NCBI GenBank assembly: GCA_963721805.1
Contig: CAVRJY010000004.1
Coordinates: 160,001 to 224,000 of the forward strand
DNA: 64,000 bases
Reading direction: 5' to 3'
Source: Nitrospirota bacterium
Lineage (GTDB): Bacteria; Nitrospirota; Thermodesulfovibrionia; Thermodesulfovibrionales; JdFR-86
A model generated the notes under the pieces. It had not been told where the DNA came from. It saw only the letters and a list, made by a program, of their open reading frames with translations, and did no database searches. Position numbers and translations under genes: made by a program. Shown piece after piece: positions 1-11,856 of this stretch. Numbering within the stretch: position 1 is the stretch's first letter; each line of letters starts with the position of its first letter.

Positions 1-1034
1 CAACGGCCTGAAGCTCAGCGTCGGGCGCGAGACGCTCTACGGCGACAAGATACAGGACATCCTCCGCCTGATCCAGAGCGGCCGCAAGATCGGCCGGCTC
101 GGGCACCTCGCGCCCCTATGACATCATCACCGACTACATAGCGTTCCAGGTAGATCAGTTCAAGCAGGGTTTCAAGGGCCTCAAGGTCGTGATCGACGCC
201 GGAAACGGCGTGGGCGGGATGGTCGGCGGCCCGATATTGAAGGCCCTCGGGGCCGAGGTCACGGAGCTTTTCTGCGAGCCCGACGGCAGGTTCCCCAACC
301 ACCACCCCGACCCGGTCGTGGCCGAGAACCTTCGCTTCCTGATACCGAAGGTCAAGGAGACCGGCGCGCACGTGGGGATCGGGTATGACGGCGACGCTGA
401 CCGCATCGGCGTCGTCGACGAGGACGGGGGCGTGATCTGGGGCGACAGCCTGATGATCATCTTCAGCCGCGACATTCTTAAAACCAACCCCGGCGCGAAG
501 GTGATCGGCGAGGTCAAGTGCTCGCAGAACCTCTATGACGACGTCGCGTTGCACGGAGGCGAGCCGATCATGTGGATGACCGGCCACTCGCTGATCAAAA
601 AGAAGATGAAGGACTCAGGCGCCCTGCTGGCCGGAGAGATGAGCGGACATATATTCTTCGCGGACCGCTACTTCGGGTATGACGACGCCATATACGCGAG
701 CCTGCGGCTCCTGGAGATCATGCGCAATGAAGGTCAGCCCTACTCCGTAAAGAAGCTCCTGGCCGACGTGCCGAAGCTCTACAGCACGCCCGAGATCCGG
801 TTCGATACGCCCGACGAGAAGAAGTTCCAGATCGTCGAGCGCGTGAAGGCCGCCTTTAAAGGCTACGACGTGATCGAGATCGACGGCGTGCGCGTGAAGT
901 TCCCTGACGGCTGGGGCCTGATCCGCGCCTCGAACACCCAGCCGGCGCTCGTGATGAGGTTCGAGGCCACGAGCCCGGAAGCCCTCGCGCGCATCCGCGC
1001 GTTCGTCGAGGGGGAGCTTAACAAGCTCCTATAG
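1..1034 (+). CDS. algC: Phosphomannomutase/phosphoglucomutase, 5' partial, with an apparent +1 frameshift near 92
   Basis: Motifs DGDADR, GEMSGH and RASNTQP. Frame 2 (NGLKLSVGRETLYG...) shifts to frame 3 near 92. Confidence 0.9.
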
Positions 1035-1063
1035 GAAAGCGCGCGAAACATGGAGGCAAATAC

Positions 1064-1477
1064 ATGAAGACGAAGGCTCTGCTATTGACGGTGCTGGCGT
1101 TGCTTTTTGCCGCGAGCGCGGCGTTCGCGGCCGATTCGTTCATGGTCATGAAGGACCCGAAGGGAGGCTCCTACCTGGCCGACTCACAGGGCCTGCCGCT
1201 TTATTCCCTGAACAACGACCTGCCGGGCATGAGCATATGCGCCGGTGAATGCGCGGCGAACTGGCCCCCCTTCTATGCGCCCAAGCCGGTCATCCCCAAG
1301 GGGCTCGACCCGAAGGACTTCGACTCGATCTTCCGCGATGACAACACCCTGCAGTCCACCTTCAGGGGCATGCCCCTGTATCACTACTCGGGCGACAAGA
1401 AAAAGGGCGACCTCAACGGCAGGGCGTTTCGGAAAAACTGGTCGACGATCGATCCTGCGACCTTCAGGAACAAGTAG
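1064..1477 (+). CDS. Secreted protein with Y-X4-D repeats (COG4315/Lipoprotein_15-like)
   Basis: Signal peptide; motifs GLPLYSLNND, CAGECAANWPP and GMPLYHYSGD; GGAGG RBS. Confidence 0.8.
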   Translation: MKTKALLLTVLALLFAASAAFAADSFMVMKDPKGGSYLADSQGLPLYSLNNDLPGMSICAGECAANWPPFYAPKPVIPKGLDPKDFDSIFRDDNTLQSTFRGMPLYHYSGDKKKGDLNGRAFRKNWSTIDPATFRNK

Positions 1478-1648
1478 GGGCAGCGGGCCATCGGCCCCTC
1501 GATCCGTGACCTGCAAGTGAGCGATGCCGCCCGGCACCGCGAATATGAAAAGGTGCCCGTGGCACCCCGGCTTAACATCCCCCGCGATCTGTGATAGGAT
1601 TTTTTTAGGCGCCTGCGTGCGCACACATCCAAAGGAGGTTTTTCAGAT

Positions 1649-2065
1649 ATGAGGATGAGGGTTCTGCTGGTGGCAGCTCTGGGATTGATGTTCGCCGCAA
1701 GCGCGGCGTTCGCGGCCGATTCCGTGACGGTCATGAAGGACATGAACGGGGCTTCTTACCTCGCCGACTCAAAGGGCATGGCGCTCTACACGTTTAAGAA
1801 CGACAAGCCGGGCACGAGCACGTGCACCGGCGGCTGCGCTGCGAACTGGCCGGCCTTCTACGCCGGGAAAGCCATGCTCCCCAAGGGGCTCGACGCCAAG
1901 GACTTCGGCTCGATCAAGCGCGAGGACGGCAAGATGCAGACCACGTTTCGTGGGATGCCGCTCTATTACTTCGTGGGTGACAAGAAAAAGGGCCAGCTTG
2001 ACGGACGCGGGGTAATGGACCTCTGGTTCACGGCCGATCCCACCAAGGGCGAGAAGGCGTGGTAG
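1649..2065 (+). CDS. Secreted Y-X4-D repeat protein, tandem paralog of 1064-1477
   Basis: Signal peptide; motifs GMALYTFKND, CTGGCAANWP and GMPLYYFVGD; AGGAGG RBS. Confidence 0.8.
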   Translation: MRMRVLLVAALGLMFAASAAFAADSVTVMKDMNGASYLADSKGMALYTFKNDKPGTSTCTGGCAANWPAFYAGKAMLPKGLDAKDFGSIKREDGKMQTTFRGMPLYYFVGDKKKGQLDGRGVMDLWFTADPTKGEKAW

Positions 2066-2138
2066 GGAGCAGCGCCCCCGCGCTCCTATTCGAGGGGTCA
2101 TGGACCCCTCTCACTATTCGCGCAATAGCGCTCATCTT
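2066..2138. repeat. Short intergenic palindromic repeat, family B
   Basis: gcagcgccccc...cctattcgaggggtcatggacccctctcactattcgc. Related copies at about 5471-5560 and 35490-35566. Confidence 0.65.
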
Positions 2139-2169
2139 TAAATCAATGCCCTTGCCATTGTGAATTATA

Positions 2170-2268
2170 AAGGGGGCCATCCGGCCCCCCTTATTTGTGT
2201 GTTTTTGTGAGAGGCGTCATGTGCGCCTCGAATATTGAAGGGGGCCAGTCGGCCCCCCTATTTTTTTA
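2170..2268. terminator. Two similar GC hairpins between convergent genes
   Basis: aagggggccatccggccccctt and aagggggccagtcggcccccct, each flanked by A/T tracts. Confidence 0.55.
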
Positions 2269-2533
2269 CCGCGTCCTTGAGTTCCTTGCCTGCCGTGAAC
2301 TTCGGGGCCTTGCGTGCGGCGATCTTGATGGCCTCGCCGGTCTTGGGATTGCGGCCTTTGCGGGCCTTCCTCTTCGTGACCGAGAACGTCCCGAACCCGA
2401 CGAGCGTGACCTTCTGGCCCTTCTTCAGAGACGCCTTCACCGCATCGACGACGGTGTCTATAACCGCGTTTGCGTCCTTGGCCGAAAGCCCCGCCCCGTC
2501 GGCCACCTTCTCGACAAGCTCTTTTTTGTTCAT
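2258..2533 (-). CDS. hup: DNA-binding protein HU
   Basis: MNKKELV...GFGTF...RKGRNPKTGE...PKFTAGKELK. Confidence 0.97.
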   Translation of the reverse strand: MNKKELVEKVADGAGLSAKDANAVIDTVVDAVKASLKKGQKVTLVGFGTFSVTKRKARKGRNPKTGEAIKIAARKAPKFTAGKELKDAVKK

Positions 2534-2628
2534 CCAAATCCCTCCCTCAGCGTTTTTATTTTATGCGCCTGCAAATTTTCCGTCTTATGCCGCCGCTAAT
2601 CCGAGCAATGCGGGAATTAGCGGCGAGC

Positions 2629-3180
2629 CTATTTTATGCGCCTTGAGATCGCCTTGAACTCCTCGGTCCCGGCGCGCCTCAAAAGCTGGAACAACGCGGC
2701 CTCTGTGGATGTTACCACCGCACCCGCATCGCGCGCAACCCCCAGGGCCGTCAGGTGGTCGTCTTTTTTCCTCGAACAGACCGCGTCGGCCACGACGTGC
2801 ACCGCGTAGCCGTCCTTCAAAAGCCCGACCACGCTCTGCAGCACGCAGACGTGCGTCTCCATCCCGGCCACGATAATGATCCGCCTGTCGAGCCCTGCTA
2901 TCAGGTCGTTGAACCCCGGCTCGTCGCAGCAGCCGAAGTGGACCTTCTCAAACGGCTTGTATTCAGGCAGCGCGGACTTTATCCCCTCTATTGTGGGGCC
3001 CAGCCCCTTTGGGTACTGCTCGGTCACGACGACCGGCAGGCCGAGGAGCCTGGCCGCCTCGATCAGGTGCAGCGTGTTTTCCACCACGCGCTCGCGCTTG
3101 GACATCACGGCAGCGAGCCGCTCCTGTATGTCCACGACGAGCAGCGCCGCGTCAGCCCTCTCGAGCAGGAATGCCCTCAC
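2629..3180 (-). CDS. Isochorismatase/cysteine hydrolase family protein
   Basis: Motifs LLVVDIQERL, TEQYPKGLG and GMETHVCV. Confidence 0.9.
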   Translation of the reverse strand: MRAFLLERADAALLVVDIQERLAAVMSKRERVVENTLHLIEAARLLGLPVVVTEQYPKGLGPTIEGIKSALPEYKPFEKVHFGCCDEPGFNDLIAGLDRRIIIVAGMETHVCVLQSVVGLLKDGYAVHVVADAVCSRKKDDHLTALGVARDAGAVVTSTEAALFQLLRRAGTEEFKAISRRIK

Positions 3181-3276
3181 GACTAACTTATCCCCGCCGA
3201 GCGGCGCGTTGCCGCTAAGACGCTGCGCATGACTGCCCGGCGCAAATACGAGCGCAGCGGGAATTTGCGCCGCATC

Positions 3277-5250
<1,974 letters not shown>

Positions 5251-5304
5251 CGCGCCTAGCCTCCTTCATGTATATATGATTGCTTAATTAGCCGGGTTAG
5301 GGCG

Positions 5305-5320
5305 TGCAAGTAAGGTGCCA
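5305..5320 (-). promoter_or_regulatory. Sigma-54 -24/-12 promoter of acs
   Basis: Minus strand TGGCAC-CTTAC-TTGCA matches TGGCAC-N5-TTGCW exactly, about 55 bp upstream of the ATG. Confidence 0.8.
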
Positions 5321-5470
5321 GTCAACTCCAATCCATGCCCCTCAGGCCCTGCGTGGCGCGGTTAAGCCACGCGCGGCCCAACAGCATACCCCATACAATA
5401 CCCGCATACAGTTTAGATGTTACAAAAAGTTACCGCAATGCGCAAGCTATTTCTAACATAATGTAACAGT

Positions 5471-5632
5471 GGGCAGCGCCCCCGTTCCTATTCGCGGGGT
5501 CATAGACCCCCTCACCTATTCGCTTCGCTCACATATTCACGGGGTGCCACGGACAGTCCTAATAAATACTGTTGGCCTTGTGAAGCGGGGTGCCCTGACG
5601 CCGCATCGAGCGATTTGGAGCGCTTTCAAACA
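5471..5632. repeat. Family B repeat followed by a terminal fragment of a family A repeat
   Basis: ggcagcgcccccgttcctattcgcggggtcatagacccc, ggggtgccacgg, then cgatttggagcgctttcaaa. Confidence 0.6.
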
Positions 5633-5677
5633 GCCCACTTAATTGAAATCTCTGCGCCAACTTTGGTATTTTATCCC

Positions 5678-6562
5678 ATGCCAGCGAAAACCAGGGTATT
5701 GAAATTCGGTCTCCCGAAGGGGAGCTTGCAGGAAGCCACGCTCAAGCTGTTTCGGAAGGCCGGCTACCAGATTGCGGTCTCGAGCCGCTCTTACTACCCC
5801 ACGTGGGACGACCCGGAGATCACCTCGATGCTCATCCGCGCGCAAGAGATGGCCGGGTACGTCGAAAACGGGATCATCGACTGCGGCCTGACCGGCCGCG
5901 ACTGGATACTGGAGCAGGGCGCGGAAGTACACGAGGTCGCGGAGCTGATATACGGCAAGGAGGGCCGCCGTCCGGTCCGCTGGGTGCTCGCGGTGCCGAA
6001 CGACTCGAAGATCAAGTCGGTCAAAGACCTGCAAGGCAAGCGCATCGCGACCGAGCTCGTCGGCTATACGAAGCGCTACCTCAAGGAGCACGGCGTGAAG
6101 GCGCAGGTCGATTTCTCCTGGGGCGCGACCGAGGTCAAGCCCCCCATGCTCTGCGACGCTATCGTCGAGCTGACCGAGACCGGAAACTCGCTGCGCGCCA
6201 ACAACCTGCGCATCGTCGAGACGCTGTTTGAGTCCACGACGCGCTTTATCGTGAACAAGCAGGCCTGGAAGGACAAGTGGAAGCGCCAGAAGATCGAGAA
6301 CCTCGTGATGCTGCTTCAGGGCGCGCTCGCGGCCGAGGACAAGGTCGGCCTGAAGATGAACGTCCCCAAGAAGACCCTAAAACACGTGCTCGGCATACTG
6401 CCTTCGCTGCACTCACCCACGATCTCGCCGCTTACGGACGAGGGCTGGGTGGACCTCGACGTCATATTGGACGAGCGCACGGTGCGCGACATGATCCCGC
6501 TGCTGAAGAAGGCCGGGGCCACGGGCATCGTCGAGTACCCGCTCAATAAAGTCATACCCTAG
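5678..6562 (+). CDS. hisG: ATP phosphoribosyltransferase, long form
   Basis: Motifs [21 protein letters not shown] and ETGNSLRAN, plus the C-terminal regulatory domain. Confidence 0.95.
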   Translation: MPAKTRVLKFGLPKGSLQEATLKLFRKAGYQIAVSSRSYYPTWDDPEITSMLIRAQEMAGYVENGIIDCGLTGRDWILEQGAEVHEVAELIYGKEGRRPVRWVLAVPNDSKIKSVKDLQGKRIATELVGYTKRYLKEHGVKAQVDFSWGATEVKPPMLCDAIVELTETGNSLRANNLRIVETLFESTTRFIVNKQAWKDKWKRQKIENLVMLLQGALAAEDKVGLKMNVPKKTLKHVLGILPSLHSPTISPLTDEGWVDLDVILDERTVRDMIPLLKKAGATGIVEYPLNKVIP

Positions 6563-6649
6563 CCCCCAAAAGCCACTAGACGGCTCCCCTGAGGTGTGAT
6601 AGGATTTTCTTCAGATGCCCTTGATTGGGCCTGAAAGGAGATTCAAATC

Positions 6650-7024
6650 ATGCTAGAACTCAACGGAATCTACAAATGCGACGTATGCGGCAATATGGTC
6701 GAGGTCGTGCGCGCCAAGGACGGCGAGCTCGTATGCTGCGGCAAGCCTATGGTCCTACTCGTGGCCAACACCGTGGACGCATCGAAGGAAAAACACGTCC
6801 CGGTGATCGAGAAGACCGCCACGGGCGTGAAGATCAAGGTCGGCTCGGCCCCGCACCCGATGGAGGAGAAGCACTACATCGAGTGGATCGAGTGCATCGC
6901 GGACGGCGTGGTGCACAGGAAGTACCTCAAACCGGGCGACGCCCCGGAGGCGGAGTTCTGCGTCTCGGCCAAGCAGATCACGGCACGCGAGCACTGCAAT
7001 CTGCACGGGCTCTGGAAGGCCTGA
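6650..7024 (+). CDS. dfx: Desulfoferrodoxin (2Fe superoxide reductase)
   Basis: CxxC...CC desulforedoxin domain; motifs EKHVP, HPM, HYIEW and CNLHG. Confidence 0.95.
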   Translation: MLELNGIYKCDVCGNMVEVVRAKDGELVCCGKPMVLLVANTVDASKEKHVPVIEKTATGVKIKVGSAPHPMEEKHYIEWIECIADGVVHRKYLKPGDAPEAEFCVSAKQITAREHCNLHGLWKA

Positions 7025-7114
7025 CAGCCTCCTTTCCCTTTAAAGGCACGCGGTGGCCCGGATTATGCATTAGATTTCGTGTGCGGTTAAGGTTCTAAGA
7101 AAAGGAGAACAATC

Positions 7115-7267
7115 ATGGGTACCATACTGCTTGTCATCCTGATCCTCATGTTGATCGGAGCACTTCCGACATGGCCACACAGTAAGAGTTGGGGATACTA
7201 CCCCAGCGGCGGACTCGGATTGATCCTTCTGATCCTGCTCATCCTGCTGCTGCTTGGGCGGATATGA
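7115..7267 (+). CDS. Small membrane protein, DUF3309 family (50 aa; below the ORF track cutoff)
   Basis: MGTILLVILILMLIGALPTWPHSKSWGYYPSGGLGLILLILLILLLLGRI, preceded by an AGGAG RBS. Confidence 0.85.
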   Translation: MGTILLVILILMLIGALPTWPHSKSWGYYPSGGLGLILLILLILLLLGRI

Positions 7268-7292
7268 AGATGAAGTGAGACCGTATTTGCGG

Positions 7293-7490
7293 TGAAAGCG
7301 CTCCAAATCGCTTGATGCTGCGTTGGACTTCAAAGACTCGCCCTCTATGAACGCCCAAGTACACCATCGGGGTGCCACGGGCACCTCTTTCCAAGGAGAG
7401 GGGCCAACCGGCCCCCCTTGCCTGAAGACGATTTGGGCGCGCTTTCGGGGGGCACGGAAGAAGGTCGCCCCCAGCGCCCCGGTGGTCAAA
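7293..7490 (+). repeat. Family A long-hairpin repeat, copy 1
   Basis: aaagcgctccaaatcg...gtacaccatcggg...cgatttgggcgcgcttt...ggtcaaa. Confidence 0.85.
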
Positions 7491-7799
7491 AGCTTTGATA
7501 AGAATTGCCGCCATGCGTTCGCATCGGGGCTGGCACAGGCGATTACATTGCTTGCAGTGCTCAGTTTGGTAATATGCATTGGTGGACCTGTATTATTTGT
7601 CTGCGGTCATTAAGCAATTATTGATTGGTCTAATACTCTTACCGCCCTCCCCATGGATATATTCCTCAGGGCGTTTTTTTGCGCTCTAGCGGATTCTATT
7701 CTGTCTATCTATTGCGCTGACGATTACTTGAGAAATCCTAGCGCGCCATGCTTCCCTTCTTTGCGGGAACAAGTTACAATAGAGCATATGGAGGTGTGT

Positions 7800-8102
7800 A
7801 TGGCCGATTCGCTGACTGAAATACGCACAGAGCTCAAGAGACACAAACGGGAAATCATCAGGAAGTACAAGGTGCGGGAGATCGGCATCTTCGGCTCCTT
7901 TGTCCGCGGTGAGCAAAAAACGAGAAGCGATGTCGACGTGCTGGTTGAATTCGATGAGGAGGATATACCGAGCCTCCTTGAGTTCATTGCCTTTGAGCGG
8001 CACCTGGCTGACATCCTCCACAAGAAAGTGGATTTAGTCCGCAAAGAGGCAATCCGCCCTGAGTTACGGGAGGACATCATGCGGGAAGTTGTCTACATTT
8101 GA
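7800..8102 (+). CDS. mntA: Minimal nucleotidyltransferase (MNT) antitoxin
   Basis: Motifs IFGSFVRGE...SDVDVLVEF and KVDLV; GGAGG RBS; overlaps the HEPN gene. Confidence 0.88.
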   Translation: MADSLTEIRTELKRHKREIIRKYKVREIGIFGSFVRGEQKTRSDVDVLVEFDEEDIPSLLEFIAFERHLADILHKKVDLVRKEAIRPELREDIMREVVYI

Positions 8103-8437
8103 AGCGGGATTACAAGCTCTTTGTACAGGACATCCTCGATGCCATAAAGCGCATAGAGGAGTTTGTGGGCGAGATGAGCTTTGAGGAATTCATTGCCGAT
8201 GCTAAAACAGCGAGCGCCACAGTCTTACAGGTTCAGATTATCGGAGAAGCTACAAAGAATATTCCCGCAAAACTCAGGAACCGGTATGCCGGCATCCCCT
8301 GGAAAGATATGGCCGCCATGCGGGATAAGGTAACACATTTCTATTTCGGGGTTGACTATAAAATCGTCTGGCGGGTAATTAAAAAGGACTTGCCTGTTAT
8401 CAGGCCTCAGATAGAAAGAATTCTCGCTGAACTATAG
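8099..8437 (+). CDS. hepT: HEPN (DUF86) RNase toxin
   Basis: IIGEATKNI and an RX4HXY motif (MRDKVTHFYFGVD); TTG start overlaps the MNT stop. Confidence 0.88.
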   Translation: MKRDYKLFVQDILDAIKRIEEFVGEMSFEEFIADAKTASATVLQVQIIGEATKNIPAKLRNRYAGIPWKDMAAMRDKVTHFYFGVDYKIVWRVIKKDLPVIRPQIERILAEL

Positions 8438-8477
8438 TATCTGCTACTTAAACTGTTACTCCTGCGCGCCCCTACAT

Positions 8478-8830
8478 TAACTAAAGTTAGCCGTAAGTTA
8501 GTAGAAAACGCACAGGCATCAATTTTTCCTATCAACTTTGGTTTATATATAAACCAAAGTTTGGCGTCCTTTGGTGTATAGTGGTGCGATGAGCATGATA
8601 GGATCATATTTGATGGGCGGGGCAACAAAGGAAGCGGGCCTCAACGCGCGTTCGGAGGCAGGGTCTAAAACCGGGCGACATATCCGAACATCCGAACAGC
8701 GCCGGACTCGGAAAAGCAATGTTTTTCAGATGGTTATCCGCGTATTTGCCTCAAACATCCGAACACTTAAAATAAAACGCACGCGCGCGGAATGCGTAAC
8801 TATACCTAAGCGGGAACATCAGAACATGCC
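8478..8830 (+). repeat. Inner module attached to family A: 28-bp palindrome, -10 box, ATCCGAACA repeats, GC run
   Basis: Homologous to 29537-29945 in reverse orientation. Perfect palindrome aactttggtttatatataaaccaaagtt at 8534-8561. Confidence 0.8.
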
Positions 8831-9020
8831 TTTGACCACGTGGGGCGCGGGGGGCGTCCTTCTTCCGTGCCCCCCGAAAGCGCGCCCAAATCGTCTTCAG
8901 ACAAGGGGGCAGTGGCCTCTCCGGGAGAAGACCCGGCACCCCGATGGTGTACTTGGGCGTACATAGAGGGCGAGTCTTTGAAGCCCAACGCAGTATCAAG
9001 CGATTTGGTGCGCTTTGAAA
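8831..9020 (-). repeat. Family A long-hairpin repeat, copy 2 (inverted)
   Basis: tttgacc...aaagcgcgcccaaatcg...gatggtgtac...cgatttggtgcgctttgaaa. Confidence 0.85.
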
Positions 9021-9024
9021 GAAG

Positions 9025-10707
9025 CTACTTAATCAGCTTCATGCCTTGTACTGCGCGCAAATGGAGGGTTTGGAGTTTCAAGGCCCGCTCAAAGCTCACC
9101 TTCGCGCGAAGCGGCATGCCGAGCGCCACGTAAACGTGTCCGATCTCGGCCTGATAGTCGGGGTTTGCGGGGTCCAGCGCTATGGCCCTCTGCAACGCGC
9201 GCTCGGCCTCTTTGTGCCTGCCCAGCCGCGTGAGCGACAGGCCGTACGCATAATGGTATTTCACTACGGCATCGTTGAGCGCCACGGCCTCCTTAAAACA
9301 GTCCGCGGCCTCGGCCTGCCTGCCCTTTTTCCAGTTGGCCTCGCCTTCAACGAACTTCGCGTCGGCCTTGTACACGTCGCCGGAGCCGGCGGCGCTCGTG
9401 CTGCCGTCATATTCGCGCCTGGCCTCCTGGTCCATCAGGGTGGAGTAGGACTTGGTCAGGAAGTTAAAGACGCTTTCGAGTTTTTTCCTCGCATCAGGCG
9501 GAAGATAGAAGTGGCGGTCGGGGTGGAAGGCCTTGCCTTTAAGGTAGTACGCGCGTTCTATCTCGGCGGGCGTGGCATCGCGCTGCACGCCGAGCGCGCC
9601 GTAATAGCCCAGCGAGCCCAGGTTCGCGCACATGAACTCCAGCTCGGGCATGAAAGCGGAGGGGTCGACCTGGTATGGCTGGCCCACCACGATATCCTCT
9701 ATCGTCGGCGTATAGTGGCGATCGAACTGCTCGCCGGCCCCGATATGGTCGATCGTGCGGGTGCTGAGCAGGGCGTATACAGTCTGGTACGTGCGGAGTT
9801 CCCCAAGGGGAGAGGCCGCCATGACCTCCTGCATCGTGCGTCTGCCGTCTATCAGGGTGAGCAGCGCGCGTTCGTCGTCCCCAAGGACGACCGCCTGAAA
9901 GAGGTTCAGCGGCTCGGTCGAGATTATAAGGACCGAATCCGGGGGAGGGCAGAGCGAGGAAAGCCGCCCGGTGTCTGTAATCCGCCTGATGCCGACGCGG
10001 GTGATGTTGCCGATCTGGAGGCTCAGGCCCTCGGCCCTGCCCATCGGGACGTTGCCGTCGCGGTAGTTGAAGTCCGCCTCCTCGAGCCCGAAGAGCCCGG
10101 TGATTATCGACTCGATATTGGCCAGGACGACCGCGTCAGCCTCGGTGGAGTCCATCACCCTCATCTCGACGAGCACCGCCTGCGGCCGCTTCCTCATGTT
10201 GATGACCGCGTCGTTGGCCCTCATGTACCTGGGCCTGTCGATGCGGCCCCACTCCAGCAGCATGTCGAGGAGCCTGTCCTGCTGGGCGTTGGATGTCGCG
10301 TGCACGATGTCGGAGTTCTCGAAGAACACGGACTTCTGGATCGGGCCGGATGTCACGTTCAGCACCCCGGTCAGCCCCCGGCGCTGAAGGCCGAGCATGA
10401 CGTCCGCGAAATTATAGTACTTGAGGCTGCCCTGAAGCACGCCCTGCTTCCTGATGCCGGCAAGCAGCAGCCCGTCGGGCCCCCTGCGTATCCAGACGAC
10501 CTTGCCCGCGCCGCTGAGCTTCTTGTGCTCCGGCAGCTCAACCATGAGCGTATCGCCGAGCTTCAGAGGCGGCACGCCCCTGATCCCGAGCTTAATGCCG
10601 TCGAAGGCGTAGTCTAACAGCGTGGCGTGGAATGGCTTGCCCTGGATCGGGAGCTGGAAGTCGTACCTGAGTTCATGCCTCGTGAATGATCGCTTGTCCT
10701 TGAGCAT
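9025..10707 (-). CDS. PilZ + DUF4388-like + DnaJ + TPR multidomain protein
   Basis: N-terminal RxxxR...D...G and GKVVW (PilZ-like); GSL...LTGVL; YYGALGV...FHPD (J domain); C-terminal TPRs. Start codon inferred. Confidence 0.75.
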   Translation of the reverse strand: MLKDKRSFTRHELRYDFQLPIQGKPFHATLLDYAFDGIKLGIRGVPPLKLGDTLMVELPEHKKLSGAGKVVWIRRGPDGLLLAGIRKQGVLQGSLKYYNFADVMLGLQRRGLTGVLNVTSGPIQKSVFFENSDIVHATSNAQQDRLLDMLLEWGRIDRPRYMRANDAVINMRKRPQAVLVEMRVMDSTEADAVVLANIESIITGLFGLEEADFNYRDGNVPMGRAEGLSLQIGNITRVGIRRITDTGRLSSLCPPPDSVLIISTEPLNLFQAVVLGDDERALLTLIDGRRTMQEVMAASPLGELRTYQTVYALLSTRTIDHIGAGEQFDRHYTPTIEDIVVGQPYQVDPSAFMPELEFMCANLGSLGYYGALGVQRDATPAEIERAYYLKGKAFHPDRHFYLPPDARKKLESVFNFLTKSYSTLMDQEARREYDGSTSAAGSGDVYKADAKFVEGEANWKKGRQAEAADCFKEAVALNDAVVKYHYAYGLSLTRLGRHKEAERALQRAIALDPANPDYQAEIGHVYVALGMPLRAKVSFERALKLQTLHLRAVQGMKLIK

Positions 10708-10789
10708 GCCTATGTCATTATCGCATAAGGGCGCGCGGCTTTGCCAAGCCAAGTATGAAATCACAGCTTGAGCGGTGTTAGTATAAGCA

Positions 10790-11098
10790 ATGCAACGCTT
10801 CATACCCGAGGCCTCGGACGAGGAAATAAGGCGCGAGAAGGCCCGCGCCCGCGAGCTCCGGTCCACCCCCTGGTGGAAGCGCAAGTGCGCCTCGGGCCGG
10901 TGTCACTACTGCGGCGGAACGTTCAAGCCCTCGGAGCTGACGATGGACCACCTCGTGCCGGTCGTGCGCGGCGGCAAGTCCGTCAAGGCCAACCTGGTGC
11001 CATCGTGCAAGGACTGCAACAACAAAAAGAAATACCTGCTGCCGTCGGAGTGGGAAGAGTACCTCGAAAGGCTCAAGGACGAGGAGATACCGGACTAG
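10790..11098 (+). CDS. HNH endonuclease family protein
   Basis: CHYCG...TMDHLVPVVRGG...NLVPSCKDCNNKK. Confidence 0.9.
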   Translation: MQRFIPEASDEEIRREKARARELRSTPWWKRKCASGRCHYCGGTFKPSELTMDHLVPVVRGGKSVKANLVPSCKDCNNKKKYLLPSEWEEYLERLKDEEIPD

Positions 11099-11820
11099 GC
11101 CGTCCGCACTACGGATCCGCCCGGCACAAGGGCAATCAGCTTCGCCATCGCCTCGTCAACCACGGCCGCGTCGGTGCCCTCTATAGTGACGATCACCTTA
11201 TAGTCCGGCAGCCCGAGCTTGGGGTACGAGCCCACAGAGAGCATCGGATACCGGGCCGCGACCTCGGTGATGCTCGGGGCGAGCAAGCACTCCTCCTCGC
11301 TCAGATACACCTGCCTGAGCACGAACGGGCGCGAGCGGAACCGCTCGCGGAGCGCATGGAACTTGCGCCTGAGGTACTCCGGTATGCCGGGGAATATGTA
11401 GACGTTGCGCATCACCACGGGCGGAAACCGCGAGCCCTCGGCCTCGACTATCTCCGAGCCCTCCGGGACCTCGGCCATCTTGCGCACCGCCTCGTCGGCT
11501 GGTCCGTCGCACAGCCCGCAGAGCCGCTCGAGCAGCCCCGCGTCCGCCACCGTGGCCACGCCGAATGCCCTCGCCACTCCCTCCATCGTCACGTCGTCGT
11601 GCGTAGGGCCGACGCCGCCCGAGGTGAAGACGAAGTCGTACGCGCCGGAGCAGTCCGCGACCTCTGCCGCGATTACGTCGATCTCGTCCGGGATCACAGC
11701 GATGCGGCGCAGGTCGACGCCCAGCTCGCGCAGCTCCGAGGCGAGAAACGGCGAGTTGCAGTCCGCGACCTTCCCGGAGAGGACCTCGTTACCTATTATT
11801 ATGACCGCGGCTGTCTTCAT
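11095..11820 (-). CDS. CinA N-terminal / molybdopterin-binding domain protein
   Basis: Motifs IIGNEVLSGKVAD, TSGGVGPTHDD and IFPGIP. Confidence 0.88.
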   Translation of the reverse strand: MKTAAVIIIGNEVLSGKVADCNSPFLASELRELGVDLRRIAVIPDEIDVIAAEVADCSGAYDFVFTSGGVGPTHDDVTMEGVARAFGVATVADAGLLERLCGLCDGPADEAVRKMAEVPEGSEIVEAEGSRFPPVVMRNVYIFPGIPEYLRRKFHALRERFRSRPFVLRQVYLSEEECLLAPSITEVAARYPMLSVGSYPKLGLPDYKVIVTIEGTDAAVVDEAMAKLIALVPGGSVVRTA

Positions 11821-11856
11821 GGCGATGGGAAAAGTATACCACAGGTATGCGGCGTG

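Noticed and set aside
10790..11098. HNH proteins (also 39972-40295) as the mobilising enzyme for the repeats
   Set aside because: Both are small, commonly chromosomal HNH types embedded among core genes and not adjacent to repeat ends.
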